Shown here in pieces: positions 34,381-44,956 of a stretch of 64,000 bases of DNA. A model generated the notes under the pieces. It was given only the letters and a program-made list of their open reading frames with translations. It was not told where the DNA came from and searched no databases. The first letter of the stretch is position 1. Each line of letters opens with the position of its first letter. This DNA comes from Acholeplasmataceae bacterium (GTDB lineage: Bacteria > Bacillota_I > Bacilli_A > Acholeplasmatales > Acholeplasmataceae), in assembly GCA_963667565.1 (NCBI GenBank), contig OY763415.1, forward strand, positions 96,001 through 160,000, in the 5' to 3' direction. Position numbers and translations under genes: made by a program.

Positions 34381-34989
34381 CTATCTTTCGATAGGTATAT
34401 AAATATACTGATTTTCACCCTGTTCAATATGAATTAAATGTTTGATTTCATCCAAAAAAGCAAGCTCTTGATCATGAATCGAACACTTAAAGGATACCAT
34501 ATCTAAAAAAGTTTTTTCTAGGATGGTTCCCTTTTCTAGAATAAGTGACTCAACTTGATGAATCAGATGATAAGGAAAAGTGATGGTGTATGTATACACC
34601 TCTTTTTTTTCATAAAAATGAGCTATTTTTAAGACTTCAGAAGCAGCATTAGAATAAGCTCTAACCAATCCACCAGCACCTAATTTAATACCACCAAAAT
34701 ATCTAATGACAATAAGTAATGCATTGGTTAAGTTATGATGATCAATGACGTCTAATATGGGAAGTCCTGCTGTCCCTTTAGGTTCGCCATCATCTTGATA
34801 AGTTGCCCATGCACGATTTTGACCCAGTGTTGCTGCATAACAATAGTGGGTTGCTTTTGAATATTTAGTTTTTGCATCAAAAAGACATCGATCAATATCT
34901 TCTTTAGATTCAATTGGATATAATAATCCAATGAAATCAGATTTGTTAATAACAATTTTATGTTCAAATAGATCTTTAATTTCTAGCAT
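34381..34989 (-). CDS. YigZ/IMPACT family protein
   Basis: ATHYCYA, DDGEPKGTAG, RYFGGIKLGAGGLVRAY. Confidence 0.95.
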   Translation of the reverse strand: MLEIKDLFEHKIVINKSDFIGLLYPIESKEDIDRCLFDAKTKYSKATHYCYAATLGQNRAWATYQDDGEPKGTAGLPILDVIDHHNLTNALLIVIRYFGGIKLGAGGLVRAYSNAASEVLKIAHFYEKKEVYTYTITFPYHLIHQVESLILEKGTILEKTFLDMVSFKCSIHDQELAFLDEIKHLIHIEQGENQYIYIPIER

Positions 34990-35073
34990 ACGATCACCAT
35001 ATAAATTATAACATAGACTATGAACTTCATTAAATTTTTGTTATAATACTTTTAGAGTTAAATGGAGGGTCTT

Positions 35074-35928
35074 ATGGGAAAAACATTGGTGATAGACACA
35101 TCAACAGGAGGATTGGATTACTATCCTTTTAAACATGATGTTGAAATATTAAGAATAAAAATTTTTATAAATGAAAAAGGTTATTTAGATGGTACTGAGC
35201 TTAAAGCAGATGAGTTTTATGAGATTTTAAGAAATGATCCTGATTTAGTACCAAAAACATCACAACCATCTATTGGGGAAGTGATTACGTTTTTTGAATC
35301 TTTTTATGAAAAAGGTTATGATAAGTTTTTTGTAACTACAATCTCATCTTTATTATCTGGTACACATAATGCAATTTCACTGGCAAGAGAAGAATTAAAA
35401 GACAAAATGGAGATTAGAGTCTTTGATACAAAAACCGTTTGTTTTTCAGAAGGGTTATTCGCTTTAGAGGCATCTAAAATGATTAGAGAAGGTAAAACTT
35501 TTGACGATATAGAAGTAAAACTCAATCTAATGAGAGAAAATAACACGATTTTCTTTGCAGTAGATTCTCTAGCGTATCTTGTTAAAAATGGACGTTTATC
35601 AGGTGCTGCAGCATTTGTAGGTAAACTTCTAAAAATTAAACCCATCTTACAGGTTCAGTCTACAGGACAAATCGTCTCTATCGAAAAAATTAGAAATATC
35701 AAAGTGGCGTTAGATTCGATTTCTGACAAAGTCTTAGCATATGCGAATGGACGTGAATTTGATGCCTATATATTATATACAGGCAACCCTCGCCTTAAAG
35801 AACATTTTAAAGATATTGTTAAAGAAAGACTCAATTTGGAAAATCTTTATGAAGCACCACAAACACCAGTTGTAGGTGCACACGTGGGACCTGATGTTGT
35901 AGGCATTGGTATTCAATTGAAAGTATAA
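35074..35928 (+). CDS. DegV/FakB fatty acid-binding protein
   Basis: PKTSQP, ISSLLSGT, KNGR, GAHVGP. Confidence 0.93.
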   Translation: MGKTLVIDTSTGGLDYYPFKHDVEILRIKIFINEKGYLDGTELKADEFYEILRNDPDLVPKTSQPSIGEVITFFESFYEKGYDKFFVTTISSLLSGTHNAISLAREELKDKMEIRVFDTKTVCFSEGLFALEASKMIREGKTFDDIEVKLNLMRENNTIFFAVDSLAYLVKNGRLSGAAAFVGKLLKIKPILQVQSTGQIVSIEKIRNIKVALDSISDKVLAYANGREFDAYILYTGNPRLKEHFKDIVKERLNLENLYEAPQTPVVGAHVGPDVVGIGIQLKV

Positions 35929-35956
35929 AAAAGAACCCTAGGGTTCTTATTTTTTT
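35927..35956. terminator. Bidirectional terminator
   Basis: AAGAACCCTAGGGTTCTT flanked by A and T runs. Confidence 0.65.
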
Positions 35957-36837
35957 ACACGATTTTCAAAATATATGCCCCAGTTCTTTTCAGGCTCTCT
36001 TGGATCTTCTCCACCTTTCCAAGGTTCATCAAAAGCTTCAAAAATATAGACAAGTACATCGTTTTCTTTTGACCATGAAGCTAAATTTTGAAGATATATT
36101 TTTTGATTATTAATGGTTGCTACATCCATTGAGATTCGACTACCATGACTACTTGTAGGCCAACCAGTTTCTGTAATGATAATATCTTTATCTAGATATT
36201 TTAAAACAACTTCTTTATAGTTATTATCAAGAGTTTGGATTGCTTGATCGATGGTTTTTCCTTGCCATGCAGGATATGTATGAATACTGATAAAATCTAC
36301 AACTTCAGATAATGGTGAAAGCTCCTCAATCCAAGTTTGGTATTCTTCACAGTAAGTTATAGGTATATCTGTTTTACCCTTAATCTCTTTAACAATATCA
36401 ACCATACGCTTGATAGGTACTCTTTGATTACTCCAAATAGATCTAATTTCATTACCAATGGAAATGGCAGAAACGATCTCTTTATATATATGTGATAAGT
36501 CAATGATTTCATTGATTAACTCTTGATTAATCAATTTATTAACTAATATTTGATCATCAGTATGCAAATAGAAGAATGGATGGTTAACATGATTTTCTTC
36601 TGCACGAAGTGATAAACCTAGCATAACTTTAAAATTTAACTCATGTTCAGTAATGACTTCAAGCACACGCTTAGCATGTATAGAACAATCAAATAAGCGA
36701 AGATAATAAAAATCGCCTTCTAATAATTTTAAGTCTTCAAGAATCTCTTCTTTACTTGGATATACTTTAATTAAAGGAGAATGTTCTTTTCTATAACCTG
36801 AGTAGTTAATTGCAGGTTTATTAATAAAATATTTCAT
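35947..36837 (-). CDS. Glycoside hydrolase family 17-like protein, no signal peptide
   Basis: IGNE, ITETGWPT, FEAFDEPWK, EKNWG. Confidence 0.88.
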   Translation of the reverse strand: MKYFINKPAINYSGYRKEHSPLIKVYPSKEEILEDLKLLEGDFYYLRLFDCSIHAKRVLEVITEHELNFKVMLGLSLRAEENHVNHPFFYLHTDDQILVNKLINQELINEIIDLSHIYKEIVSAISIGNEIRSIWSNQRVPIKRMVDIVKEIKGKTDIPITYCEEYQTWIEELSPLSEVVDFISIHTYPAWQGKTIDQAIQTLDNNYKEVVLKYLDKDIIITETGWPTSSHGSRISMDVATINNQKIYLQNLASWSKENDVLVYIFEAFDEPWKGGEDPREPEKNWGIYFENRVKK

Positions 36838-36962
36838 ATAATTACCTCTAACATGATTATAGCATGAAGTATCAAATATATATATTTGAACTTATCAAAT
36901 TGATTGAAATATTTAGACTATCAATAAATCGCAATAATTGGTATAATATGTGTGGTGATGTA

Positions 36963-38111
36963 ATGAGAAACTTAAATAACGCTCAAATGGTGTTAAAAAT
37001 ATTAAAAAAACATGGATATGAAGCATTTATCGTTGGAGGAGCAGTAAGAGATTATCTTCTTAAAATGCCGCTGACTGATATTGATATCACAACAAATGCA
37101 AGACCATATCAAGTCGCAAAAATATTTGAAACTAAACCTACAGGTATTAAGTATGGTACAGTAACAGTATTTTTCAAAGAAGAAACTTTTGAAGTAACCA
37201 CATATAGAATTGATGGTCCTTATGAAGATCAAAGGCATCCTGATCACGTAACCTATAGTGAAACCGTGACTGAAGATGTGAGCAGAAGAGATTTTACCAT
37301 CAATGGACTTTTAATGGATGAAAATCTCCAAGTTTTTGATTATGTTGAAGGCGAAAAAGATTTGCAATCTAAGATGATTAAGGCCATTGGCGATCCATAT
37401 TTGAGATTTAGTGAAGATGCAATTAGAATGTTAAGAGCAATCTATTTCCAATCAAAACTTGGATTTCAAATATCAAAGGAAACAAGAGAAGCAATTTTTG
37501 ATCTAAAGGATAAACTTACAAATGTTGCTATGGAAAGAGTCTTAGCGGAACTTGTTAAAATTCTAAAAGGTAAACATTTAAAGAAAGCACTTAAAACGAT
37601 GGTAACGACTGAAATCTATCAAGTTTTACCAGGATTAGAAAAAGGTATTTTATATGTGTCTGAACTTGATGAAATGCCGTTTGTTGATGTCTTCTTTACA
37701 TTAAGTTTTGCAATGAATAAAGGCATAGTTCCATCTAAGTGGCCTTTCTCAAATAAACAAAAACATCGTTATTTAACTGCTGCAAAACTTGCAAACAGTA
37801 AAACAGAATTTGACTCAATTGATTTATACACATATGGTATTGATTTATGTTTATTAGCATCAAGAGTGAATTATATGTTAAAAAGAGAAAGACTTATGAA
37901 TAATGAATTGATGAGTCTTTATGAAAAACTTCCAATTCAAAGTGAGTTAGATTTAAAACTTAAGCCATTTGAAATGATGGCAATTACGGATAAAAAAGCA
38001 GGCGCTTGGCTTAAAGAAGTTCAACAGGCGATGGTTCTTGCTATCTTAAGAAATGAACTTAAAAACGATCAAGAAGAACTCAAACAATTCTTGATGAATC
38101 ATATGAAATGA
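36963..38111 (+). CDS. cca: CCA tRNA nucleotidyltransferase
   Basis: VGGAVRD, DIDI, RRDFTIN, EDAIRMLR. Start moved to ATG 36963 (RBS GGTGA, TGnTATAAT upstream). Confidence 0.93.
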   Translation: MRNLNNAQMVLKILKKHGYEAFIVGGAVRDYLLKMPLTDIDITTNARPYQVAKIFETKPTGIKYGTVTVFFKEETFEVTTYRIDGPYEDQRHPDHVTYSETVTEDVSRRDFTINGLLMDENLQVFDYVEGEKDLQSKMIKAIGDPYLRFSEDAIRMLRAIYFQSKLGFQISKETREAIFDLKDKLTNVAMERVLAELVKILKGKHLKKALKTMVTTEIYQVLPGLEKGILYVSELDEMPFVDVFFTLSFAMNKGIVPSKWPFSNKQKHRYLTAAKLANSKTEFDSIDLYTYGIDLCLLASRVNYMLKRERLMNNELMSLYEKLPIQSELDLKLKPFEMMAITDKKAGAWLKEVQQAMVLAILRNELKNDQEELKQFLMNHMK

Positions 38112-38120
38112 GGGATATGA

Positions 38121-39044
38121 ATGACTTTAAAAGAAAATCAAACATATAAAATCATCGGAAAAATTGAAAGTATCAATCATGGTCCACATTTTTGTAATAC
38201 AACAGTAACTACAAAAGATGGAGAACATATTAATTTTAAATTAGATTTTGAACAATTAGATTTAATCTCTACAGGTAAGCTTTATGAATTTGAAGCATTA
38301 GCTGTTGTTAAAGTAGAAGATGAACTTATTCTAAAGTGTGTGGGTATTACTCCAGCTGAAGATGTACTATCATCAGAAGAATTATCACAACTTTTAGAAG
38401 TGTTCTATGTTTATGCACCTATGCCTCTTAAAGAAATTAAGACTGGTGTAGAATCATTTTTAAATCAAATTGATAATGAGATTTTAAAGAAGATTACAAA
38501 AACGATTTATGATCAAAAAAGCAAAAAATTCTACATGCATCCAGCAGCAACTAAATTTCATCATGCTTATGTAGGTGGATTAAGCTATCATACGTATACG
38601 ATGCTTAAACTCATAGATGGGTTCTTACTTGTCTATCCATATTTGAATAAAGATTTATTATATGCAGCAACCATTCTACATGATATGGCAAAAATTGATG
38701 AGATTAGTGGTGTCGATGGAGAATATACAAAAGAAGGTATGCTCATTGGACATTTAGTCATGGAAACGATTGATATTGATGGTGTTGCTAGACAATTAGG
38801 TTATGCAGAAAGCGAAGAAGTGTTGATGCTTAAGCACATGATTTTATCCCATCATGGACAATTTCATTTTGGATCTCCTAAAAAGCCACAAACAGGAGAA
38901 GCACTACTCTTATGGTTTATTGACACTATAGATTCTAAATTTACAGTATTAGGTGAAACCTTAGATCAAACTGCAGAGGGTACATTTACTCAAATGATTG
39001 CAGTGATGGATAAGATGAAATTTTATAAACACAAAGTTAAATAA
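38121..39044 (+). CDS. yhaM: 3'-5' exoribonuclease YhaM/CBF1 family (HD domain)
   Basis: PAATKFHHAYVGGL, LHD, LIGH, ILSHHG. Confidence 0.9.
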   Translation: MTLKENQTYKIIGKIESINHGPHFCNTTVTTKDGEHINFKLDFEQLDLISTGKLYEFEALAVVKVEDELILKCVGITPAEDVLSSEELSQLLEVFYVYAPMPLKEIKTGVESFLNQIDNEILKKITKTIYDQKSKKFYMHPAATKFHHAYVGGLSYHTYTMLKLIDGFLLVYPYLNKDLLYAATILHDMAKIDEISGVDGEYTKEGMLIGHLVMETIDIDGVARQLGYAESEEVLMLKHMILSHHGQFHFGSPKKPQTGEALLLWFIDTIDSKFTVLGETLDQTAEGTFTQMIAVMDKMKFYKHKVK

Positions 39045-39048
39045 GGAT

Positions 39049-39075
39049 AAAAGTATCTCTTGTAGATACTTTTTT
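39049..39075 (+). terminator. Intrinsic terminator
   Basis: AAAAGTATCT / AGATACTTTT followed by a T run. Confidence 0.75.
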
Positions 39076-39145
39076 ATTTAATTTTTTTTAAAATACTATG
39101 AAGTGTATTATAATGAGACTATATAATTTTTAAATGAGGATATAG

Positions 39146-39859
39146 ATGGGTACATTAATTAATGTGGGTGCAATCATTTTAGCATCTGTTCTAGGGGTTT
39201 TACTTAAAAAAGGATTATCAGAAAAAATACAAAAAGCAGTTATATTTTCCATAGGACTTGGATTATTTGCATTATCACTAGGATGGTTTATTAAAGATTT
39301 TATTGTGATTTCAACGGATTTATCGATCACAACTAGATATGATTTACTCATCATCATATCACTTGTCCTAGGAACGATTATAGGTACATGGATTGATATT
39401 GATGAGAAGATTAATCAATTCGCGTTAAAGTTTGAGACTAAGTTTAAATTGCCTCCGATTGCCAAAGGATTTGTTACTGCAACCTTGATCTTTAGTGTTG
39501 GGGCAATGTCAATTACAGGATCTATACAAGATGGTTTAGGACAAGGTATGACAACGTTACTCGTCAAGTCTACATTAGACTTTTTCACAGGGATGATTTT
39601 AGCATCAGCATTAGGGATTGGTGTTATCTTTTCTGCCATTGTCGTCTTAATCTATCAAGGGGGTATCACATTATTAGCAGCTTTCTTAAGTGCATATATG
39701 ACACCTGAGATGATTTTAACTATTTCAATGATTGGTAATCTAATGTTGATTGCTATTGCATTTAATTTTATGGAGATTGCGAAAGTCAAAGTTGCAAACT
39801 TGTTACCAGCACTACTGATACCAATCATTTATTTAATTATTCAAAATTGGTTATTCTAA
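39146..39859 (+). CDS. DUF554 (YdfK-like) membrane protein
   Basis: GTLIN, VGAMSITGS, KSTLD, YQG, ANLLP. Confidence 0.9.
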   Translation: MGTLINVGAIILASVLGVLLKKGLSEKIQKAVIFSIGLGLFALSLGWFIKDFIVISTDLSITTRYDLLIIISLVLGTIIGTWIDIDEKINQFALKFETKFKLPPIAKGFVTATLIFSVGAMSITGSIQDGLGQGMTTLLVKSTLDFFTGMILASALGIGVIFSAIVVLIYQGGITLLAAFLSAYMTPEMILTISMIGNLMLIAIAFNFMEIAKVKVANLLPALLIPIIYLIIQNWLF

Positions 39860-39874
39860 ATGAAATTATTAAAC

Positions 39875-39909
39875 AAAAAAAAGACCTTGAGTATTCTCAA
39901 AGTCTTTTT
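39875..39909. terminator. Bidirectional terminator
   Basis: AAAAAGAC-C-TTGAG...CTCAA-A-GTCTTTTT between convergent genes. Confidence 0.75.
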
Positions 39910-39929
39910 ATTTATCGTTAAATCGTGAA

Positions 39930-42929
39930 CTAAGATTCTAAAATATCGAACCATGAACCATATAATGCATCATAATTTGCATCATATACTCCGCCATTAT
40001 CAGACAATAAGTAGCTGTTAAATTGTCTTCTATTGATTGCACGAATTGCAGTTAATCTTGCGTTATCAGCACTGTCTGCAAATTGTGCATCAGCAACTAA
40101 CTTAAAGATTAATTCTCTTTGCATGTAAGTACCAGTATATTTAGTAAGAATTGGTTGTAAGTAAGCATTGATTGCTGTGTCCACAACAGTTGGAAGTGGT
40201 GCACCTTCATCAGTCTTATCTAATACTAAATAATATTCGATTTGACTTGCAGTTAAAGTATCTGAATTTTCATTATAAACATTAAGGTTTAAGTCAGTAT
40301 TAATATAATCATCATCAATATCATCTGCTTGCGCGTAGATTGCACTATCTTTTTCACCAACTGAGTCAGCTAAAATGAAATGCCATCCGAAATCAGATTG
40401 AACTAATTGTAAGTCAGATTCAGTAATACCAGCATTATACATAATTTGATCATAGAAATCTAAATATGGGAATAATGAGTCATCTGCTGGGTTTGCTTCT
40501 TGATAAGCAGTGACTGTGTCATAAATATTGATTGCTCTATCATAGAATACAGTATCTAAAACACTTGAATTAGTGATAAAGTTTGAAATATTTGTGATGT
40601 CAGATGAGATTGTTTCATAAGTCATATTGAAACCTAATTGACGGAATTGTGACCAGTATAATTCAGGTTGTAAGTCGATATATTCGCCTTCACCAACACC
40701 GAAGCTACCTCTTAAGATTCTACCTGAATCATTAAATTCATTAGCAATGTCAGATAAACCTGATTCAAAATCAGTATATTTACCTAAGCGGTCATAAATA
40801 CCTTCATGATATACACCTTCAGTATCTGTGTAACCTTGAACTAAGTTTAATAAACCTGTCATAATTTCTGCTGTATTTGAGTCATTTAATACATCAGCAG
40901 GATTGTCTGGTGTACCATCGGCATTTAAATCAAAATAAATGAGTAAATGACTTACAGAAATTGATTCTTCGTTGTTATATTGTAATTCAGCAAGTTGAGC
41001 AAATTTTTCATAGATTGTTGAAGTGTCATTGCTATAATGATTTTCATAATCTGTTAAATATTGATCTCTTAATTCTGGATATACATATAATTGATTGATT
41101 GCTTCTTCATTAGAAGTAGCACCAAATGCAACTAATAAGAATGCTTCTCTACCCATTGAAGCTGGATAGCTTGAATAACTATTTGATGAGAAAGCAGTAA
41201 TGATATCTTCAAATTGAGTTTTGTAATCAGCCATTTGATCATCTGTTACTGTATATTGATCGCTATTTGATAAGTATTTGTTTAATACTAAATCAAGTGA
41301 TAAGTTAACACCATATGATTTTTCAACTTCAGCATAGAATGCATCAACTGTAATTTCAGTACCATTAACATCAGCAACAACATCGCCAGTTTGGTTCTTA
41401 TCTGAACCAGCATAAGTATAAGTTTGTCCGTAAAGTATTCTTAAAATGTTATCATAAATGTTCACATCAGCAGCATCATATTTTTCACTGACTTTAGATG
41501 AAATGTAAGTAGAAGTTAATTTACCATCTACTAAATCTGCATAAGCTTGATCATAAGCATCTTGAGCTTTTTGAGCAACTGTAGCATCACTATCATCAGT
41601 ATTGAAGATATAAGCTGTGTCGTCTGCTGGATCTTCAATTAAAATACCATCTTCATCAGCACTGTTATCATCTAATTTAAATACTAAATATTTGAAATCA
41701 CCAAATGTTTGAACTCTTGATGAATATGCTTTTTCAGTATCTGGATCAGCAATTTGAGTTTCAGCTGTTAAAGTGTTGTATAAATGAGATCTTAAACTTG
41801 TGTTCATATCTGTTAATTCATCATAAGTGTAAGTTGTTTGGAAATCTTCACCACTTGTACTTACGATTGCACCAGTACCATCAATTTCAACAGTAGCAGC
41901 TGGGTTTAATAAATTATAAATTTCAACAAATTTCACTTTTACTTCTTCAGTTGTAAGTGGTGCATCTGAATAACCATCTCTTTTAGCAATTGTATATGCT
42001 TTGTAGTAGTCTTCATAGTCAGCAATACTTAACTTAGAACGATCAGCATAATTAACACCTAATTTACCAAGTAATCCTAGTTCATCTAAAATGTCAACGA
42101 TGTAACCATAAGTTACTGTATCTGTTAAATCAACATATCCAGGTTGACCTTCAGCAATTCTAATGTCTGGTAATTCATACCATAAACCTTTAGAATCTGA
42201 TTTTAAACCTACTTGATATAATGCAGCATTTGCTTCATTTAAGTTAATAAAACGTACGATTAATGCACTAACATCATAACGACCTTCAGTGTTGTTTTGG
42301 TAATATGTTACAACATCTGAACTTTCAACATAATAATCACTTTCTGAATCAACAACTTCAGTTTGTAATGTCTCATTTGCATAAATTCTTTCAGCTACCA
42401 TTAACTTGTATGCGTTTACTAGCACTGGAAGTGTTTCATAACCAGTGAAAGGTGTTGGTAAGCTTAATAAGTCACTTATGATTGTATCAACATTAAGTGT
42501 GTTGTCATTCAAGTATAGTGAATCTGCAAATTGTTCAATTGATCTTACATATATATCGTTATTGTTATCATATAAGTCTTGTAGAGATTCTTCGTCAGTT
42601 TCACCAAAAATGGCTGTGTTGATTTGATCATAGAAGTATTCTAAAGTATCTGCATCACCTGATGCGATTTTAGCCTCAGCTTGAGCAATATAATCAGCAA
42701 AGATATCTTTTTCAATCATTGTTGATAATACTGAAGCGGCTTGAATACGGAATTGATCGTATAATTCTTTTTCATTAACTGTGTAATCTCCGAAAGTTAA
42801 GTAGACATTGTCTTCGGATAAGCTACCATATGGAACTTTGCTACTCGAGTTACATGCAGCTAGTGTGAGAGATCCTGCAACTATAATTGCTAATAGTGCA
42901 AATCTTCTCAAATTTTTGATTCGATTCAT
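39930..42929 (-). CDS. Large acidic lipoprotein, PrsA/parvulin foldase-like with an internal duplication
   Basis: Lipobox LAA-C. Parvulin-like SHLLI and VQSDFGWHFI. PrsA-like VVADVNGTEITVDAFY. Near yhaM. Confidence 0.7.
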   Translation of the reverse strand: MNRIKNLRRFALLAIIVAGSLTLAACNSSSKVPYGSLSEDNVYLTFGDYTVNEKELYDQFRIQAASVLSTMIEKDIFADYIAQAEAKIASGDADTLEYFYDQINTAIFGETDEESLQDLYDNNNDIYVRSIEQFADSLYLNDNTLNVDTIISDLLSLPTPFTGYETLPVLVNAYKLMVAERIYANETLQTEVVDSESDYYVESSDVVTYYQNNTEGRYDVSALIVRFINLNEANAALYQVGLKSDSKGLWYELPDIRIAEGQPGYVDLTDTVTYGYIVDILDELGLLGKLGVNYADRSKLSIADYEDYYKAYTIAKRDGYSDAPLTTEEVKVKFVEIYNLLNPAATVEIDGTGAIVSTSGEDFQTTYTYDELTDMNTSLRSHLYNTLTAETQIADPDTEKAYSSRVQTFGDFKYLVFKLDDNSADEDGILIEDPADDTAYIFNTDDSDATVAQKAQDAYDQAYADLVDGKLTSTYISSKVSEKYDAADVNIYDNILRILYGQTYTYAGSDKNQTGDVVADVNGTEITVDAFYAEVEKSYGVNLSLDLVLNKYLSNSDQYTVTDDQMADYKTQFEDIITAFSSNSYSSYPASMGREAFLLVAFGATSNEEAINQLYVYPELRDQYLTDYENHYSNDTSTIYEKFAQLAELQYNNEESISVSHLLIYFDLNADGTPDNPADVLNDSNTAEIMTGLLNLVQGYTDTEGVYHEGIYDRLGKYTDFESGLSDIANEFNDSGRILRGSFGVGEGEYIDLQPELYWSQFRQLGFNMTYETISSDITNISNFITNSSVLDTVFYDRAINIYDTVTAYQEANPADDSLFPYLDFYDQIMYNAGITESDLQLVQSDFGWHFILADSVGEKDSAIYAQADDIDDDYINTDLNLNVYNENSDTLTASQIEYYLVLDKTDEGAPLPTVVDTAINAYLQPILTKYTGTYMQRELIFKLVADAQFADSADNARLTAIRAINRRQFNSYLLSDNGGVYDANYDALYGSWFDILES

Positions 42930-43060
42930 TGTGTTCACTCCTTATTTGTATTTCATACAAGCATTTATAATATAGCATTTTTTAAGGGGTATTGCAACAA
43001 CTTTCTACTTATTTGTTAATATCACATAGTTTTTATGTTATGATTAAAGAAGGTGATGAC

Positions 43061-43828
43061 ATGAAAGTATATATATTAGCTAGTGGATCAAAAGGCAATA
43101 TGACCTACTTAAAAGTAGGCCATATTAAATTGTTTATTGATGCTGGGATTAGTTATAAAAGAATGCTTGCAAAAATGAGTGAATATGGTGAAGAAATCAG
43201 TGATGTTAGTTACTTACTTTTAACGCATGAACACCATGATCATGTCATGGGTATGAAAACGCTATTAAAGAACACGTCATTTAAATCTGTGCTGATGACT
43301 CAAGGAACTTATGATGGATTAACAGACGAAGTCAAACAATTGATCAAACATGTTACAATCGTTAAATCAGAGGTTTTAACTGAGATTGAACATATCAAAG
43401 TAACACCTTTTGTGATTTCACATGACGCCAATGAGCCTGTTGGATATGTGATAGATGGTGATAAAAAAATAGTGATTTTATACGATACAGGTTACTTAGA
43501 TGAAGCATATTATAATCTTTTAAAAGGTGCTGATGCATATATTTTAGAGGCAAACCATCATCCGACGCTTTTGATGAATTCACCAAGACCTTTTTTACTC
43601 AAAAAACGCATATTATCTGAAAAAGGGCATTTATCAAATGATGATGCATCATATTTGATGAATAAATTCATCAATGGAAAGGTTGCTACTTGGTTTGTAT
43701 CCCATATATCAGAAGATTGCAATAATGTTTTATCAATCGAAGAATCAATTGTTAAGGCATTTGATGATCCAACGAAAGTAATCGTTTATTATGCAACTAA
43801 AGAAGGTTTACCAGGAGTAGATGTATGA
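43061..43828 (+). CDS. walJ: WalJ/YycJ metallo-beta-lactamase-fold nuclease
   Basis: LASGSKGN, THEHHDH, SHDA, GHLSN; upstream of rlmH. Confidence 0.9.
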   Translation: MKVYILASGSKGNMTYLKVGHIKLFIDAGISYKRMLAKMSEYGEEISDVSYLLLTHEHHDHVMGMKTLLKNTSFKSVLMTQGTYDGLTDEVKQLIKHVTIVKSEVLTEIEHIKVTPFVISHDANEPVGYVIDGDKKIVILYDTGYLDEAYYNLLKGADAYILEANHHPTLLMNSPRPFLLKKRILSEKGHLSNDDASYLMNKFINGKVATWFVSHISEDCNNVLSIEESIVKAFDDPTKVIVYYATKEGLPGVDV

Positions 43829-44268
43829 TTAAATTAATTTCAGTGGGTAAACTTAATCAAAAATATTTAAATGAAGGTATTGAATACTATAAAAAACAAG
43901 TACCAATCAAGTTTGAGATGCTGGAAGTAAAAGATGGAAAAGATGAAAAAGCACTTCAAGCTGAAGGTGAAGCCATACTAAAATTACTTAATCAAAGTGA
44001 TTATGTGATTGCACTTGCGATTAAAGGTGAGATGTTTACTTCAGAAGGATTTGCAGAAAAGATCGAAGAGTTACTTTCATATCATCAAGGCGATATCGTC
44101 TTTATCATTGGAGGTTCTCATGGCTTATCAGATGCAGTTTATGAGAGAACGCAACTTAAAATCTCGTTTTCAAAAATGACATTTCCTCATCAATTAATGC
44201 GTCTTATTTTTACCGAACAAATCTATCGTGCTTTTATGATTATGAAGCACCATCCATATCATAAATAG
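43825..44268 (+). CDS. rlmH: 23S rRNA m3Psi1915 methyltransferase
   Basis: FIIGGSHG, MTFPHQL, EQIYRA, PYHK. Confidence 0.97.
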   Translation: MIKLISVGKLNQKYLNEGIEYYKKQVPIKFEMLEVKDGKDEKALQAEGEAILKLLNQSDYVIALAIKGEMFTSEGFAEKIEELLSYHQGDIVFIIGGSHGLSDAVYERTQLKISFSKMTFPHQLMRLIFTEQIYRAFMIMKHHPYHK

Positions 44269-44277
44269 GAGTGACTT

Positions 44278-44901
44278 ATGAAATACATTTTTTGGGATTT
44301 TAATGGCACCATTTTAGATGATGCATATTTATGTTATGAGATTCTAAATCAGATGCTAAAAGAGGTTGATCGACCAGGTGTTACATTTGATGAATATCTC
44401 ATGATTTTTGATTTTCCTGTAAGAGATTATTACGCTAAGGTTTACGACTTAGAAAAAACGAGTTTCGATGTCTTGGCAAAGCGATTTATCGACTTGTATC
44501 AACCGCGCAGTTTAAATGCTCCCCTACATAAAAATATAGTGGAAATAGTGACTTATTTTAAAGAAAAAGGATATAAAAATATTGTCCTTTCGGCATCTGA
44601 AATTAACAACCTTAAAGCGCAATTAAAACACTTTAAAATTGATGGTTTATTTGATGATGTTTTAGGAACTTCTGATGTGTATGCAAATGGTAAAATTGAT
44701 GTTGCAAAAGCATATATCAATGAGCATCATATTCATACTGAAAACAGCGTCATGATTGGTGATACACTTCACGATGCAGAGATTGCAGATATTTTAGGTG
44801 TAGCGCCTATATTATTCACAAAAGGACATCAACATCCATCAAGACTTAAAAAGTATAATTCAATTGATGATTTGAATTTGCTTAAGGATATGCTCAAATA
44901 A
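44278..44901 (+). CDS. HAD family hydrolase
   Basis: WDFNGT and IGDTLHD motifs. Confidence 0.9.
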   Translation: MKYIFWDFNGTILDDAYLCYEILNQMLKEVDRPGVTFDEYLMIFDFPVRDYYAKVYDLEKTSFDVLAKRFIDLYQPRSLNAPLHKNIVEIVTYFKEKGYKNIVLSASEINNLKAQLKHFKIDGLFDDVLGTSDVYANGKIDVAKAYINEHHIHTENSVMIGDTLHDAEIADILGVAPILFTKGHQHPSRLKKYNSIDDLNLLKDMLK

Positions 44902-44956
44902 GAGAAATATATGATAAGATATGTATACATAAATATTGAGATATGGAGAGAGAAAA

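Noticed and set aside
44245..44280. rlmH 3' end as an occupied integration hotspot
   Set aside because: The next gene starts 9 nt after the stop, and no integrase or direct repeat follows; the site is empty.
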